Shown piece after piece: positions 13,203 to 26,108 of a stretch of DNA of 64,000 nt (position 1 is the stretch's first letter; each line of letters opens with the position of its first letter). A program made the position numbers and the translations under genes. The notes under the pieces are model-generated. The model had not been told where the DNA came from. It made no database searches and saw nothing but the letters and a program-made list of their open reading frames with translations. The stretch is from Podarcis melisellensis (Eukaryota). The stretch lies in assembly GCA_964234715.1 (NCBI GenBank), contig OZ174275.1. One strand, given 5' to 3'.

Positions 13203-14153
13203 ATGGATGGGGACAATTGCACTATGGTGGGTGAGTTCATTCTTGCGGGGTTCACAGATCAATCCAAGCTGCAGATCACCCTCTTCATTGTCTTCTTGCT
13301 GATCTACATTATCACTGTGATGGGAAATATTGGGATCATTGTAATCGTGAGGACTTGTTCTCAGCTTCAGACGCCTATGTATTTCTTCCTTAGCAACTTA
13401 TCCTTCCTGGACCTGTGCTATTCCTCTGTTGTAACACCCAAGATGCTAGTGAGTCTTTTATCTCATAGAAAAACCATCTCCTACTCTAGCTGTTTCACCC
13501 AGTTGTTTTTTTATATTATTGGTGCAACAACAGAATGTTACCTCTTGGCTGCCATGGCATACGATCGCTATGTGGCCATCTGTAACCCACTGCTCTATAC
13601 CGTCATTATGTCTCGAAGGCTATGTATTTTGTTGGTCTTTGCTTCTTATGTAGCTGGGTTTATAAATGCATTAGTAAATACAGGATTTACCTTAACAGTG
13701 TCCTTTGGTGACTCTAATGTAATCAACCATTTCTTCTGTGATTGGCCACCATTGATTCAGTTGGCTTGCTCTGATACCAGTCTCAACCAAATCCTTGTTT
13801 TTGCTATTGCTGGATTTAATGAGGTTACCACCACATTGGTAGTTCTCATCTCTTATGCCTGCATCTTCTCTACCATCCTCAGAATACGCTCCAATGACAG
13901 CAAGCGTAAAGCTTTCTCCACCTGTACTTCTCATCTGACCACTGTCAGTCTGTTCTATGGGACCCTCCTCTTTATGTACTTGAGACCCAGATCCAGCCAT
14001 TCTATGGAACAGGATAAAATAATTGCTGCGGTCTACACAGTGTTGGTCCCTTTGGTGAATCCCCTGATCTATAGTCTCAGGAACAAGGATGTGAAAGAAG
14101 CTTTCATGAAAGGAATGGGAAGGCTGAGGATTACTTTAGCAATCATCTGCTAG
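13203..14153 (+). CDS. Olfactory receptor, class II; gene 3 (paralog of gene 2)
   Basis: ATG at 13203 (MDGDNCT); all canonical OR motifs present; 3' flank homologous to that of gene 2. Confidence 0.97.
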   Translation: MDGDNCTMVGEFILAGFTDQSKLQITLFIVFLLIYIITVMGNIGIIVIVRTCSQLQTPMYFFLSNLSFLDLCYSSVVTPKMLVSLLSHRKTISYSSCFTQLFFYIIGATTECYLLAAMAYDRYVAICNPLLYTVIMSRRLCILLVFASYVAGFINALVNTGFTLTVSFGDSNVINHFFCDWPPLIQLACSDTSLNQILVFAIAGFNEVTTTLVVLISYACIFSTILRIRSNDSKRKAFSTCTSHLTTVSLFYGTLLFMYLRPRSSHSMEQDKIIAAVYTVLVPLVNPLIYSLRNKDVKEAFMKGMGRLRITLAIIC

Positions 14154-15333
14154 GTAGAACCCAAAGAATAGGGAGGGGAGAATATTTTAAAATGAAAGAA
14201 AAGTTGTGAGTAAAAAATAATCACACTCTGAACAAGCCCAATGAATTTAACAGATTTAAATGATGTACATCCAGTGACTTCAAGAGCTCTATTCTCTGAG
14301 TATGACAGCTGGAGATCATCCATATTTCATTATTTCAAAATAGAGAATCATACAAGCTTTCAGAATGTGATGAAATGGAAAAAAAATTGTAAATATAAAA
14401 TATACAGTAAAGAAAAATATAAGAACATAGCAACATAGCGGTACATATTTAGAAGGTTCTAAGTTATTAGATTGGACATTGAGATTGTATTGTTATCAGA
14501 CTAACCCAGACAAAGACACAGATATGAGGAACAAACATACACTCATGAGAATACAGTTATTCAAAACAAAGAAATGGTTGCACATTGGCTTCAAATCTGT
14601 CATTCAAATAATTTATTAATAAAAACCAACTCTGTGAACTTGTCATCTTTTGTCTTTCACTTAGCTCAATGTTTCATTTAGCTCTGGAGAATATGTGTGT
14701 TTTGTTGACATACAAAACTCCCTTTTCAAATGTAGTTTTTTCTGTGATGCTCATTTTAAATAATAAATTTTGAATAAATAAATAAATGTGAGTCATTAAA
14801 TACAACAAATTATGGTTGCTGTTGTTCAAAAATATTATGAAACACTATTATTTTTCACAATGGAAGGATGTGAGGGGGCACACACACACACACACGGAAC
14901 CCTTTTGAGTAAAAAAAAAAGTGAATAAGGGACCTGACTGTGGTCCATAACAGTGGAACTCGTGGGCAGCTAATAAAACTACATCTCGGGAGACAAAAAA
15001 AAATGTACTTCCTCACACACTTCATGGAATTCACTAACACAAATGTACTGGTGGCCACCAACAAGGACAGTTTTCAAAGGGGATTAGATACATAAAAGAG
15101 GATCAGGCAAATTCATGGAGGATAAGTTGCTCAGTGGCTACTAGTTATTGTGGCTATGTCACCTCCAGTATCAAAGGCCACATATTTCTGAAACCATGTT
15201 CCTGGGTTCCAGCTCAAAGGTATAGCCTATGTGCATTCAGCAGGCTTCCCCCCTACAGACATGCCCCCAACACATGGACAGCAGAGGGTGGGGCCAGCAG
15301 AGGATTTGACTGTAGGAGTGGAGCTAGCATGCA

Positions 15334-15790
15334 ACTACTACTACTACTACTACTGCTACTAATAATAATAATAATTTCTTATTTATACCCTGACCATCTG
15401 GCTGGGTTTCCCCAGCCACTCTGGGGGCCCCCAACAGAATATTAAAATACAATAGTCTATTAAACAGTAAAAGCTTCCCTAAACAGGGCTGCCTTCAGAT
15501 GTCTTCTAAAAAGCTGGTAGTTGTTGTTCTCTTTGACATCTGGTGGGAGGGTGTTCCACAGGGCTGGTGCTATTATGAAGAAGGCCCTCTGCCTGGTTCC
15601 CTGTAACTTTGCTTCTCGCCGGGAGGGAACCGCCAGAAGGCCCTTGGTGCTGGACCTCAGTGTCTGGGCAGAACAATGGGGGTGGAGATGCCCCTTCAGG
15701 TATACTGGACTGAGGCCGTTTAGGGCTTTAAAGGTCAGCACCAACACTTTGAATTTTGCTCGGAAACGAACTCAGAGCCAATGTAGGTCT
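15334..15790 (-). mobile_element. 5'-truncated L2 LINE with (TAT)n/(TAG)n tail
   Basis: ORF 15460-15747 matches the C-terminus of the L2 ORF at 62367-63602 (LTFKALNGL...RRHLKAALFRE). Confidence 0.92.
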
Positions 15791-16016
15791 CTGCTCCCCC
15801 CCCCCCACATAATGGAGAAAATAACCCTGGAGGGAGAAAAACACAGCAATGTGCATAAAGATGTATACAGTACTTTAATTTCTTTTAATTTTTATTATTT
15901 GTATACTAGGGTTGACATATTCCTAAAAGTGAAAATCTGGACAGAGTTGTTGAGCACAAATCCTTCCAGACGCCATTTTTTCAGAGCGATTCCCGGACGA
16001 ATGGCAGCCATATTGT

Positions 16017-16443
16017 CAGTGAAGGATTTACATATAAGCTAAAGAAGCCTCTCTTGGGGCCCCCAAAAAACTAAAAACTGGATGTACATTTCCAAAATAT
16101 AAGATAAAAAACAAATAAAATAAAACCTACATACAGCAACAGTGTTTTGTGTTGTGTAGGCTCCTATGATGTAAGTAATAGTCCCTATCTGCTAGCCTTC
16201 TCCCTAGAATATCACTGGTTTGCTCATTTCTATATATAGGGTGCCTACATTCTGCATGGACTGGTTGCATGGCAACATGTGCAAATGGCTTTAGATACCT
16301 ATTAGGTCCATAAATTACCATATAGCATATATTCAACACAAAAAAACAGTGACAATTTGTTGTTGACAAAGGACAGCTGGACATATAAAGGGCCCCATTA
16401 CCGTCAGTAGTTCAGGGCCTCATCAAACCTAAATCCAGCCCTA
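16017..16443. mobile_element. hAT (Tip100-like) non-autonomous element, next to an internally deleted Blackjack-like MITE (15907-16012)
   Basis: Ends CAGTGAAGGATTTA ... TAAATCCAGCCCTA, internal GGGCCCC motifs; TSD CATATTGT / CGTATTGT. Confidence 0.6.
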
Positions 16444-18989
16444 CGTATTGTATACCACCTTTCACCAAAGGGCAGTTCACAACATACAAAATACAAAATG
16501 AGAACACAAATACATAATAAAACAAGAACAAACCAATAATAACCCCCCCTTAAAAACCCCAACACCCCTCCCCCACATTTAAAAGGCCAAACACTGGGTT
16601 ACAGAGGAACATTTTCACCTGACACCTAAAGATAAGTAGTGAAGGTGTCAGGCAGGCCTTGATGTGTGCTTGAGAGGATGAAGTGTTTTCTAAGGATGGA
16701 TAACAAAAGCATAAACTTTTAGCATGAACACAACAGCAAGCTCATGGTAGGAAAGTGAGAAGGAGGGGGGTGGAGCCAGCCCCCTGGTGTCGCCTTGCTA
16801 TTACTTTCCTACATGGAGCTAAGGCAGGGCTGGCTGGTAAGCCAAGAGGTTGAGGTGACGTGGTGACTCGCTCTCTTTTCTTTTCTTTTGTTGCTTTATT
16901 CTTGTAACTTTCTTGATTGCCCACTTTAAAATAAAGTCGTAATTGGGCTTTTAGCTAATACCCAGTATGCCTTATTAAAAACTGCTTGCTGCATGTATAG
17001 GGAAATTACTCAATCCATATGTAGAGAGAGAGAGCATGATAACAATATTTATAGTTTGTGTAATGACAACTAACAGCGCTCGGCGAGCTGGACTTCTGCC
17101 CTGTCAGAGACATGCTCATGATTTTCAATAAAAGCATTTATTTGACCAGCATTTTAATATGGCAAAAACTAATGTGCCCTGCTGTGTTTGGGTGGTAGTG
17201 GGGACTATTCCATGGATAATCACTGCTAGATCTACATCAAAAGGGCCACATGGGTCAGGAAAATAAATGCTGCATAATCTGTCCCTGGGAGAATCTGCCT
17301 AACCAGCTCATTTGAGAGGGAAATAAGATTTGTGTGTCTAACTAAATTCCTTGCTATAGCTGCTTATTTTCCTCTATAGATGTGTCTGTGTGTATTTATT
17401 TGTCTGCAGCAATTAAAACCATAGGTATGCAAGCAATGTCAAGGGAATTCTGAATCTTTAGGGGTATGATTCTGCCTTTCTATTATTTAGAACCTCATCC
17501 AAGGAAAATAGAACAATAAAAAACATCAATTAATATCCATGAAACGTTCTCATGATTGGGTTGTATTCTGTGTTTGTCTAACTCAGGGTAAACCCATTAA
17601 TAATTTCTTCAGCCGCTGGAGGCAGATTTTCTTTGGCCAAGCTGCATGAGATCTAGAGCCACACTTTCATTCTACCTACACCATTCTTGTATGATCATTG
17701 ATCACAATGTAGAAGTCACTTGAAAACGGGCTTCAAATATTGCATGTAGCAAGTGTCATAATCTGTAGAGCAGCTTGCACTGATAAATGTTACCTACTGA
17801 ATAGAGTTTCCATGATACCTTTTACAACAGAAATGGGAACAACATTCATGATATTTTTTTCTGCCCTCCAAAATTTTCCCCAATATTAATTGTGATTTTG
17901 AGATGAACTTTTGGAGAGACACCCACCCCCCACCCACCCCCTACCCTGGAAGAAGCTGCCCAGAAAAGGCGTCTGCTTTTGTACAGTTCTGAGCAGTCTT
18001 CAGCCCAGACACATTCAGGCAATACAATAGACCTGCAACTTATGCATCATTTACAGTGGTGGCTTTGCATGTGTGGCAGGAAAATAAATGGAGAACAGGA
18101 GGGAAACCGTCAGAACAGGACATTTGAGATCTCACACAATCTTTCCAGGGTCCGGTAAGCAAGGTGGAGGGCTTACAAAGTCTTTTCACACTGGAAATAC
18201 TTTTAAGACCTTAACCTGCTTACTGGGCTATGAGGACACACAAGGCCTCTAGAAGGCTGTGAAAAGCTCCTGCGAGATCCTGGATGGCCCTGCAAGCCTC
18301 CCACAGCCCCAAAAGTTGGGATAATCATGCAGGGGTGGTTCCTGGGGTCTTCCTGACATCACAGTACTTTGCCTTTGTGTGCAAACTCCCAGAATGTAAC
18401 CTTTGCCAAAGTTGCATAAAGTATTGTGCATGCCTTCATGGCCTTCTGCAGTTTTGGTGCTACTCCCCTTCCTAATCAAATAAGCCTTCTTCAGCCTCAT
18501 AATATAAAGGTGGTCATCAAAATCTACCATATTTTTAAATGTGGAACAATGGTTCCCAAATAAATACTGTTCCCATTCTAAGTTTGATTCATATTTCTAG
18601 TTTTATTTTGCAATGTTCTAAAATGAATACATACATAGATATATCCAGCTGTCCTTGGAAAATATGGTATAGATCTCAATATTGGTTGGTTGCATGCATG
18701 CATCTTTTAGACCCTCTTCTGGAAATGGATTACAAAGAACACTTGCAAAGAACACTTTTTATGAACATATGACCATAAGGAATAACTTTGTCCACGTTGC
18801 AACTGCAGCTGGTCACCAGAACAGCAAACAAGAAGGAGTCCTAGAATTTAGCACTTTCCTAGTCTTGGGTCACTCGATGCTGTTCAACTACAACTCCCAG
18901 CATCCATGACCCTTGGCCATGCTAGCCACTGTTGTTCAACAACATTGGGGAGCTAAGGTGGGAGGGCTCCTCTACCCTAGATCCACATG

Positions 18990-19916
18990 CTACCTGAGGG
19001 GCATCAGCCTTTTGAAGGCACCTTTCACTTCCTTGTTCCTCAGGCTGTAAATCAGGGGATTCAACATGGGGATCACTATTGTGTAGAATACAGAAGCAAT
19101 TCTGTCTCTTTCCAAAGAATTGCTAGCATTTGGCTGGCAATATATGAGGAGAATGGTAGCATGGAATATAGTGATGGCTGTGAAGTGAGAGGCACAAGTG
19201 GAGAAGGCTTTGTATTTTCCTTCATTGGTGCGAATCCTGGATACAGATATAATAATGAAAATGTAGGACATGAGAATGATCACTATGGTGCTAGTCTCCA
19301 CAAAGGTAGCAAAAATGAAAAGTAACATCTTATTGATGCTGTTGTCAGAGCAGGATATGGCTAACACTGGGGAAATGTCACAGTAGAAGTGATGGATGAC
19401 ATTTGGTCCACAGAAAACTAGCCTAAAAGCAGAACAAGTGTGAACTAGGGCACAAACCATGCCACACATGTAAGAAACAGCTACCAGTTGGGTGCAGAGC
19501 TTTCTAGACATGGCCACTGTGTACAGCAAGGGATTACAAATGGCCACATAGCGATCATATGCCATCACAGCCAAAAGGTAAGATTCAGCCACCACTAAAT
19601 TAACAAAGAGGTACATCTGTACTGCACAAGCAGAGAAAGAAATTCCTTTGGCCTCAGAGATGATGTCCACAAGCAATTTGGGTGTGATGGATGAAGAGTA
19701 ACAAATGTCAATAAAGGACAAGTGGCTGAGGAAGAAGTACATGGGAGTGTGGAGTCGCACTTCAAGCTGGATTATGAGGATGATGCCAAAATTCCCCACC
19801 AAGGTGAGAACATAGATTGTGAGAAACACCACAAAGAGGAGGATCTGCAGCTCCGGGTGGTCTGTGAAGCCCAGGAGAATGAACTCTGATACCAAAGTGT
19901 AATTTCCTTTCTCCAT
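18990..19916 (-). CDS. Olfactory receptor, class II; gene 4
   Basis: True ATG at 19916 (MEKGNYT; the ORF track starts at an upstream TTG). Motifs [47 protein letters not shown]. Confidence 0.97.
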   Translation of the reverse strand: MEKGNYTLVSEFILLGFTDHPELQILLFVVFLTIYVLTLVGNFGIILIIQLEVRLHTPMYFFLSHLSFIDICYSSSITPKLLVDIISEAKGISFSACAVQMYLFVNLVVAESYLLAVMAYDRYVAICNPLLYTVAMSRKLCTQLVAVSYMCGMVCALVHTCSAFRLVFCGPNVIHHFYCDISPVLAISCSDNSINKMLLFIFATFVETSTIVIILMSYIFIIISVSRIRTNEGKYKAFSTCASHFTAITIFHATILLIYCQPNASNSLERDRIASVFYTIVIPMLNPLIYSLRNKEVKGAFKRLMPLR

Positions 19917-21067
19917 TCCTTTGAGATCATGCTTTATCGCTAAGAATTGGGGAAGATGGTAGTAGATACAAGACTGTTGACTCAAAAATCAGCTTTGAAC
20001 AAGATTATCTGTTGACATATTATTTTGCCAATGAAGTGTGCCGCAGTAAAGGCTTCATGTTGACACCTCTGTGCATGGTCTGGGTAGAGTCTTGTGGGCT
20101 GGATAGAGAGATCTGGGTGACTTAAATGATCCTGTAATTGGTTTGAAAGAGAACCAGATTAATCTAAAGGTTCATCACTATGAAATATTCTGTATTTATA
20201 CTGGATATGTTTTTGTTGTTTTATCATTTCTTATTTGCTGTCCTGTGTTCCTGTGTGAGGAAGGATAGCATATAAATTTAATTAAGGAAGAAATAAAATG
20301 CAAGAAGCATATTAAATTCAAAGTCCACTCACTACATTTCTTATTTATTTTTACTTCAAAGGATGCTTATGTTTCTCATGTTTAGCATGTGATTAAAAAT
20401 ATCATTCTAGAAGAAAACTCAGCTGGAAAAAATACTGTGTGCAAAAATCTTTATGAAACAGGTCAATTTAATATCAGTATTAAAAACTATTAGAATGTTG
20501 ACTATGGGAAAGGTGTATTTTTCACATATCTTACTAGACAACCAAGGGATGGACCTATTGAAGTCTTTACAACATCTGTTTAGTGATCAAATTAGAAATG
20601 GGTACATGAAATTGCTTCCAGGTTACATAGCTAGTGTTATAGTGACCACAGAATGTGAAAAGAGAAGGAAAATCTCCCGCCGGTTGTCTAAATCTGGGGT
20701 AAAGTTTATGAAAAGCTATGTGGCTATTGTGAGATTTAATGCTGAAGGGAAGGTCTTTGCCTCTGAAGGATCCTGGAAGGAAAGAGAGGGTTCCAGTTCT
20801 GCTGAGAACTGTTTTTAGTTGCAGTGGCCAACATTTTCTGCGACCAATCCTAACTTTGTTCCTGCCCTTCTTACCTGTCTGATCCTTATCATGGGAAGCC
20901 GTGAAGGAAGAGAGAAGATGCTCTTCCTTGAATTCAAAAGCAAATGCTACTTGAGTGTGCGGGAGCTGTTTTTCATTCACTTTTATGGCCTTTGGGGTTT
21001 AATCTCTGGAGCAATTTGAGAATTCCGCATCTTGGAGAAAAGAAACATTATGACAAAACTTTAGTTG

Positions 21068-21339
21068 CAATGCTTTTTTTTCCTAGAAAAAATAGGTGCC
21101 GGTACTCACCATGAAGTTGTTACAGCAAGTGCCACACTTCTTAACCACAATAAAAAGAGATGATAGTACTGCATCCCTTTGAGTACCCACTGGAAAAAAA
21201 AACCACTGTATCAGTTGTATTATTGTTATCTGTGCTTTTTTTTATAAAAAAAAATGTTTAGGGGTACTCTCATTTTCATACTCACATTGAAATGTTTAGG
21301 AGTATGCATACCCTTGCGTCACCCCAGAAAAAAGCTCTG
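21068..21339. mobile_element. Two adjacent degenerate hAT-type MITEs (21068-21208; 21230-21339)
   Basis: CAGTGCTTTTTTT / AAAAAAAGCACTG-like termini on both copies. Confidence 0.5.
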
Positions 21340-21505
21340 ATTATTAAAATGCACAGTTATCTTTAAAGGAACAAATAACACTGCTACCATTCCTTGCTCC
21401 ACCAGCCCCAGGCTCCACTCTTGCTCCCTGACTTACAAGACCAGAGCGCTGGGCGATCGATTTTCTAATGAAACCTAGAGATCCTTTGAACATGGGTTCT
21501 CAGTA

Positions 21506-21961
21506 CAGTGATACCTCGGAAGTAGAACAGAATGTGTTCCAGAAGTCCGTTCGACTTCCAAAACGTTTTGGAAACCAAGGCGCAGCTTCCAATCAAGAGC
21601 TGCAGAAGCCCCGTCGGAGATTTGGGTTCCAAAGAACGTTCACAAACCGGAACACTAACTTCTGGGTTTGGGGCATTCGGGAGCCAAAACATTCAACTTG
21701 CAAAGCATTTGGGATCCAAGGTAAAGTGAAGTACAGTCATACCTCGTTTTGCGGCCAGGGTCTGTCCTGGAGTCCCGGCCGCTAGCCAAAAAGGACGCAG
21801 GGCAAAGCCATGTGTCTGCGCACACGCAAGGAGCGGTTTGTGCTTCTGTGCATGCACGAGCAGCAAACCCGGAAGTAACCCGTTCTGGTACTTCCGGTTT
21901 TGCTGCAGATGTTTGCTGGAATGGATGCTAGACAAGGTGGACGTTTGCGGAGGTATTACTG
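21506..21961. mobile_element. Two tandem Tc1/mariner (Tigger/pogo-like) MITEs (21506-~21725; 21734-21961)
   Basis: TA|CAGTGATACCTCG and TA|CAGTCATACCTCG starts; end GAGGTATTACTG|TA gives a TA TSD; CpG-rich interior. Confidence 0.7.
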
Positions 21962-23443
21962 TACAGCATAGGCAATCTGCTGCTCATGTGAATAAATGTC
22001 AGAACTGAATTAAACTTTGGCTGCCTTCAGTTGGGTTTGTATAGCTCTATTTAGGTATTCCGCTGCACACAGCTGTAATTGTGTGGAAAGTCAGAGTGGT
22101 GCTATACCTGGCTATCTGCCCCCAGCCCTATGAAGAGGCAGGCAGGAAGGGCAAAATCTCCACTCCTCTATTAAACCATGCTGCAGCTGCATTTAAATTG
22201 AGGGCAAAGTGTTTCACAGAGCACTTTAACAAACAAATTAGGACAGCTTAAGGACTCCAATCGGTGTGAAGCTGGTTTGAGATACAATGCATCAAATAGT
22301 AGCACCGTAAAAGAAAGTACTAGATACATGTGTATTTTGGGTAATGTCATGTGAACATGTCCAGCACTGGAAATGCAGTTGAGTACACACTAAATGGGAG
22401 TCTGAGCACAGCCTAAGTTGCAGTCTTAAGGAGCTCCTTATGCCAATGGATGAAAAGTTAAGCTTATAAAACTAATTAATTAAACTTGTTTATGTGGCAG
22501 TTCATCATCAAGGATACCTTATTCTTCCATGTAGGAAATACAATAGGTAGGAATAATATGTGGCACCAGAGCAGTCTTGTGTACCACATGCTACACCAAT
22601 GACCTAGTACCAGGACCTGTGTGCAAAGATGCAGAGCTGTCATATGAACTAATGAGTTAAGTTCTGGATAGTTTCAAGGAGATTTTCCCCTAAGACAAAA
22701 ATCCTCTTGTGCTTTCATCTCCCAACCTACCACAGGAAAACAAAGTCCAAGTGCAGAAAAAAACTTGAAAAAGAAACAAACAAATTCAGAATCATTGTGC
22801 CCTTGGGGTGAGGCCACGGTATAGGCACTCTTAGGGAGAGAAACAAGTATTTCCAGTGACTTGTGGTTTCATACATGCAGTTAAGTAATGCTGAGAGCTT
22901 CCAGAGGAGCCATTTCCATGCCTCTTAAAGGTACAGATAAAATTTATAAATCTGATCTTGTTTCCTTTCTTAGAAATATCTTATTCCAAAAGTTTTATAT
23001 GTATATGATGATATATCGGTTGATGGTGATATTTGTGCATTTGGATATGAATGGCGAGAAGCCTCAAGTGGAGCATAAAATAGCAGTGAAAATATTTAAA
23101 GAGATGGGAATAGAAAGCAAATCAGAAACATTCTAAATTGATGACGATGTTTTTTTCCTGCCAAAAGTTTAATGTATATATTAACCAGTAAATATATGTT
23201 TTAATACTCAAACTAGGGGGTGTCAAAGACATGGCTAAAGGTTTTGCCAGGAGATGTGGAGAAAAGGTAGGATTTGAAATATTGACGAGAATGGAAGGAT
23301 TTGGAAATGGCTTGGATATAGGAGAAGGAAGGAGGTGAGTTGGAGATGATTCCAAGCTTGGACACAAAGGAGTTGACCTTGTAGACTATTACAGCATTAG
23401 CAGCCAACTAAAATAAAATACGGTATTTTTTCTTTCAGCTCCG

Positions 23444-24436
23444 ATGCCATCAAGTGACAGAGACAGACAAAGACTGGCATGTGAGAGCAGCATTGAAGGA
23501 ATGTCTGAGGGAAATGGCTCTTCGGGAACAGACTTCATCCTTTTAGGATTTACAGATCAGCATGAGCTCCAGGTTTTGTGCTTTGTGCTCTTCTTTGCCA
23601 TTTATATTTTCACCGTGGCTGGGAATCTCGGCATGATTGTGTTAATCAGGATGGACCTTCGGCTCCACACACCCATGTACTTTTTCCTTAGCCATCTTTC
23701 GTTCCTAGATGTGTGCTATTCTACTACAATTGTCCCCAAGACCTTGATGAATTCTTTAGCAAACAGCAAATCCATTTCTTTCTCCGGATGCACCATTCAG
23801 CTCTTCTTCTTTGCAGCTTGTGCTACCACTGAGTGCTACCTGCTGGCTGCCATGGCCTATGACCGTTATGTTGCCGTTTGTAACCCTCTGTTGTATGCGG
23901 TTGTGATGTCTCATAAGCTTTGCATAGGGCTAGTGGCTGGGGCGTACGCTGCTGGCGTGATTAGCTCAGCCACACACACCATTTCCATCTTTCGCCTGCC
24001 ATTCTGCCATTCTCGTAGGATCAACCATTTTTTCTGTGACGGGCCTCCACTCCTAACTCTGGCCTGCTCAGACACACATTTCAATGAGATGCTGCTTTTT
24101 GCGGTTGTTGGCTTCAACATCATAGTCACCACTGTTATCATTCTAGCATCGTACTTCTCTGTCCTCACCACTATCCTGAGGATCCAGACAACGGAAGGGA
24201 GGCACAAAGCCTTCTCCACCTGTGCCTCCCATTTGGCCTCTGTTGCTTTGTACTATGGGAGTTCCCTCTTCATGTATTCACGGCCCAGCTCGAGCTATTC
24301 CCTAGATCAGGACAAGGTAGTTTCTGTTCTATACTCAGTTACAATCCCCATGTTGAACCCTCTCATCTACAGCATGAGGAACAAGGAGGTGAAAGATGCC
24401 CTCAGAAAAGTGAGAGGCAGATTCCTTTCTTGGTGA
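23444..24436 (+). CDS. Olfactory receptor, class II; gene 5 (alternative start 23501, MSEGNGS)
   Basis: Motifs [47 protein letters not shown]; acceptor TTTTTCTTTCAG ends at 23438. Confidence 0.97.
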   Translation: MPSSDRDRQRLACESSIEGMSEGNGSSGTDFILLGFTDQHELQVLCFVLFFAIYIFTVAGNLGMIVLIRMDLRLHTPMYFFLSHLSFLDVCYSTTIVPKTLMNSLANSKSISFSGCTIQLFFFAACATTECYLLAAMAYDRYVAVCNPLLYAVVMSHKLCIGLVAGAYAAGVISSATHTISIFRLPFCHSRRINHFFCDGPPLLTLACSDTHFNEMLLFAVVGFNIIVTTVIILASYFSVLTTILRIQTTEGRHKAFSTCASHLASVALYYGSSLFMYSRPSSSYSLDQDKVVSVLYSVTIPMLNPLIYSMRNKEVKDALRKVRGRFLSW

Positions 24437-24528
24437 CTAAAACTGCACCGTAAGATAGAGGGGGTCATACATTTTTCTGATGCAAGAGCCAGGCAGCATG
24501 GCTAACCAAATGTCTGGTGGTCTCAGCA

Positions 24529-24662
24529 CAGAGGTGGGGAAGCTGTGAGCCTCCAAATGTTGCTGGACTCCAGCTCCCATTGTCTTTGACCATGAACTAC
24601 GTTGGCTAGGGCTGATGGGAGTTGGAGTTCAACAACATCTATAGGGCCACAGGTGGTCCACA
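24529..24662. mobile_element. Palindromic hAT MITE (same family as 5883-6015; degenerate relatives at ~18860-18975 and 55629-55761)
   Basis: ATGTTGCTGGACTCCAGCTCCCAT ... ATGGGAGTTGGAGTTCAACAACAT inverted arms. Confidence 0.6.
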
Positions 24663-25858
24663 AGTGGGGAATGCCCACAGGATCTGCCATCATATAATAT
24701 GTTAGAAATGCTGTCCTCTTTAAGAAATACATTCCTACCCTGTTCTTGACTTGGTACAGGAAACTCTGTGTGATTTTTGTTGGCTTGTATTGTACAGAAT
24801 CATCTATTCCACTTGCATGATGTGCAATACATAGGTGTTTTATACTTTTTGATAAAGTTAGATATCACCTCTGTGCAAAGAGGAAGTAGAAGGGGGGGGG
24901 ATCCACATTTGAGTGCCATAATAACTTTGCTCTGTTTCTTTTGAGTCTGCTGCTGATGTCACAAACTGAAAGGACAAATATGAGATGTGTAAGGCCTTTG
25001 GTATGATGGGGAGAGGAGTCTGCTTCTTTTTCTGATGGTGTGTTTCACGTAAGTGAGTTTGACCTTTACTGCCTTTTCTACAATTAAGGTTCCCAGAGTA
25101 ATTGCACTGGAACAATTTATCTTGACAGATTAAAATGGATTAAATCACACCAGTGAGGCTTCACAGTGCTATGTGAAGCAGACAATTAATGAGCTGTTGC
25201 TCCTTCCCATCTTTAGGCTATTGTTTGGTTAATGATAACCTCTGCCTTTTGGGATGAGCACCAAAGTTGTAAGGAGCACAGCTTCAGTATTAAGTCTCAT
25301 ACTCAGGTTAACCTTAAGGACAAACGCCAGTATAACAAAAGAAAATTGCATATATAGAGCATGTTATATAAATGAAGGACATGTTCAATGAACTTTTTAT
25401 GTGTTGCTTTGCTGTAATCTATACAAAATTCCAGTAAGGTAAATTGGTATTGTTAACCCACATTGTGGACTGAGGGAGAGCAGCTTGCCTAAGTCTACCT
25501 AGTCAGCTGAAAATCAGACCTTCCATGGCTTTGCTTATAGCTCTTTGTAAGTCCTGACAGTCACCTAGTTGTCCTGACACTGTGTGAATGACACATGGAC
25601 ACCACCTTCCTGTCAAGCTTGGCCCATGGGGAATGGGGGAGATGAGAATGAAGCCTGCTGGGCAGCTCCAGTTCCTCACCACAGATCTAGTGAGATGATG
25701 GTAGAAATGTATTCCTGAAGGGGAGTTCCCGATTTATAACCCAGTCACTCAGCCACTATGCTATGTCAGTAAGCTAATTTATCAACATGAAGCTTTGGGT
25801 AGTACTTTTAGGTAAATAGGTCCACTAGCTGAGAATGAATTCTTTCTTCTGCCTCTCA

Positions 25859-26108
25859 GGAGAACCAGTGTGGTGTAGTGGTTAAGAGCGATAGACTCGT
25901 AATCTGGTGAACCGGGTTCGTGTCTCCGCTCCTCCACATGCAGCTGCTGGGTGACCTTGGGCTAGTCACACTTCTCTGAAGTCTCTCAGCCCCACTCACC
26001 ACACAGAGTGTTTGTTGTGGGGGAGGAAGGGAAAGGAGATTGTTAGCAGCTTTGAGACTCCTTAAAGGGAGTGAAAGGCGGGATATCAAATCCAAACTCT
26101 TCTTCTTC
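25859..26108 (+). mobile_element. tRNA-derived CORE/MIR-like SINE with L2-like 3' end and (TTC)n tail
   Basis: A box TGGTGTAGTGG, B box GGTTCG, core GCTGGGTGACCTTGGGC, tail GCGGGATATCAAATCCAAACTCTTCTTCTTC. Confidence 0.8.
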
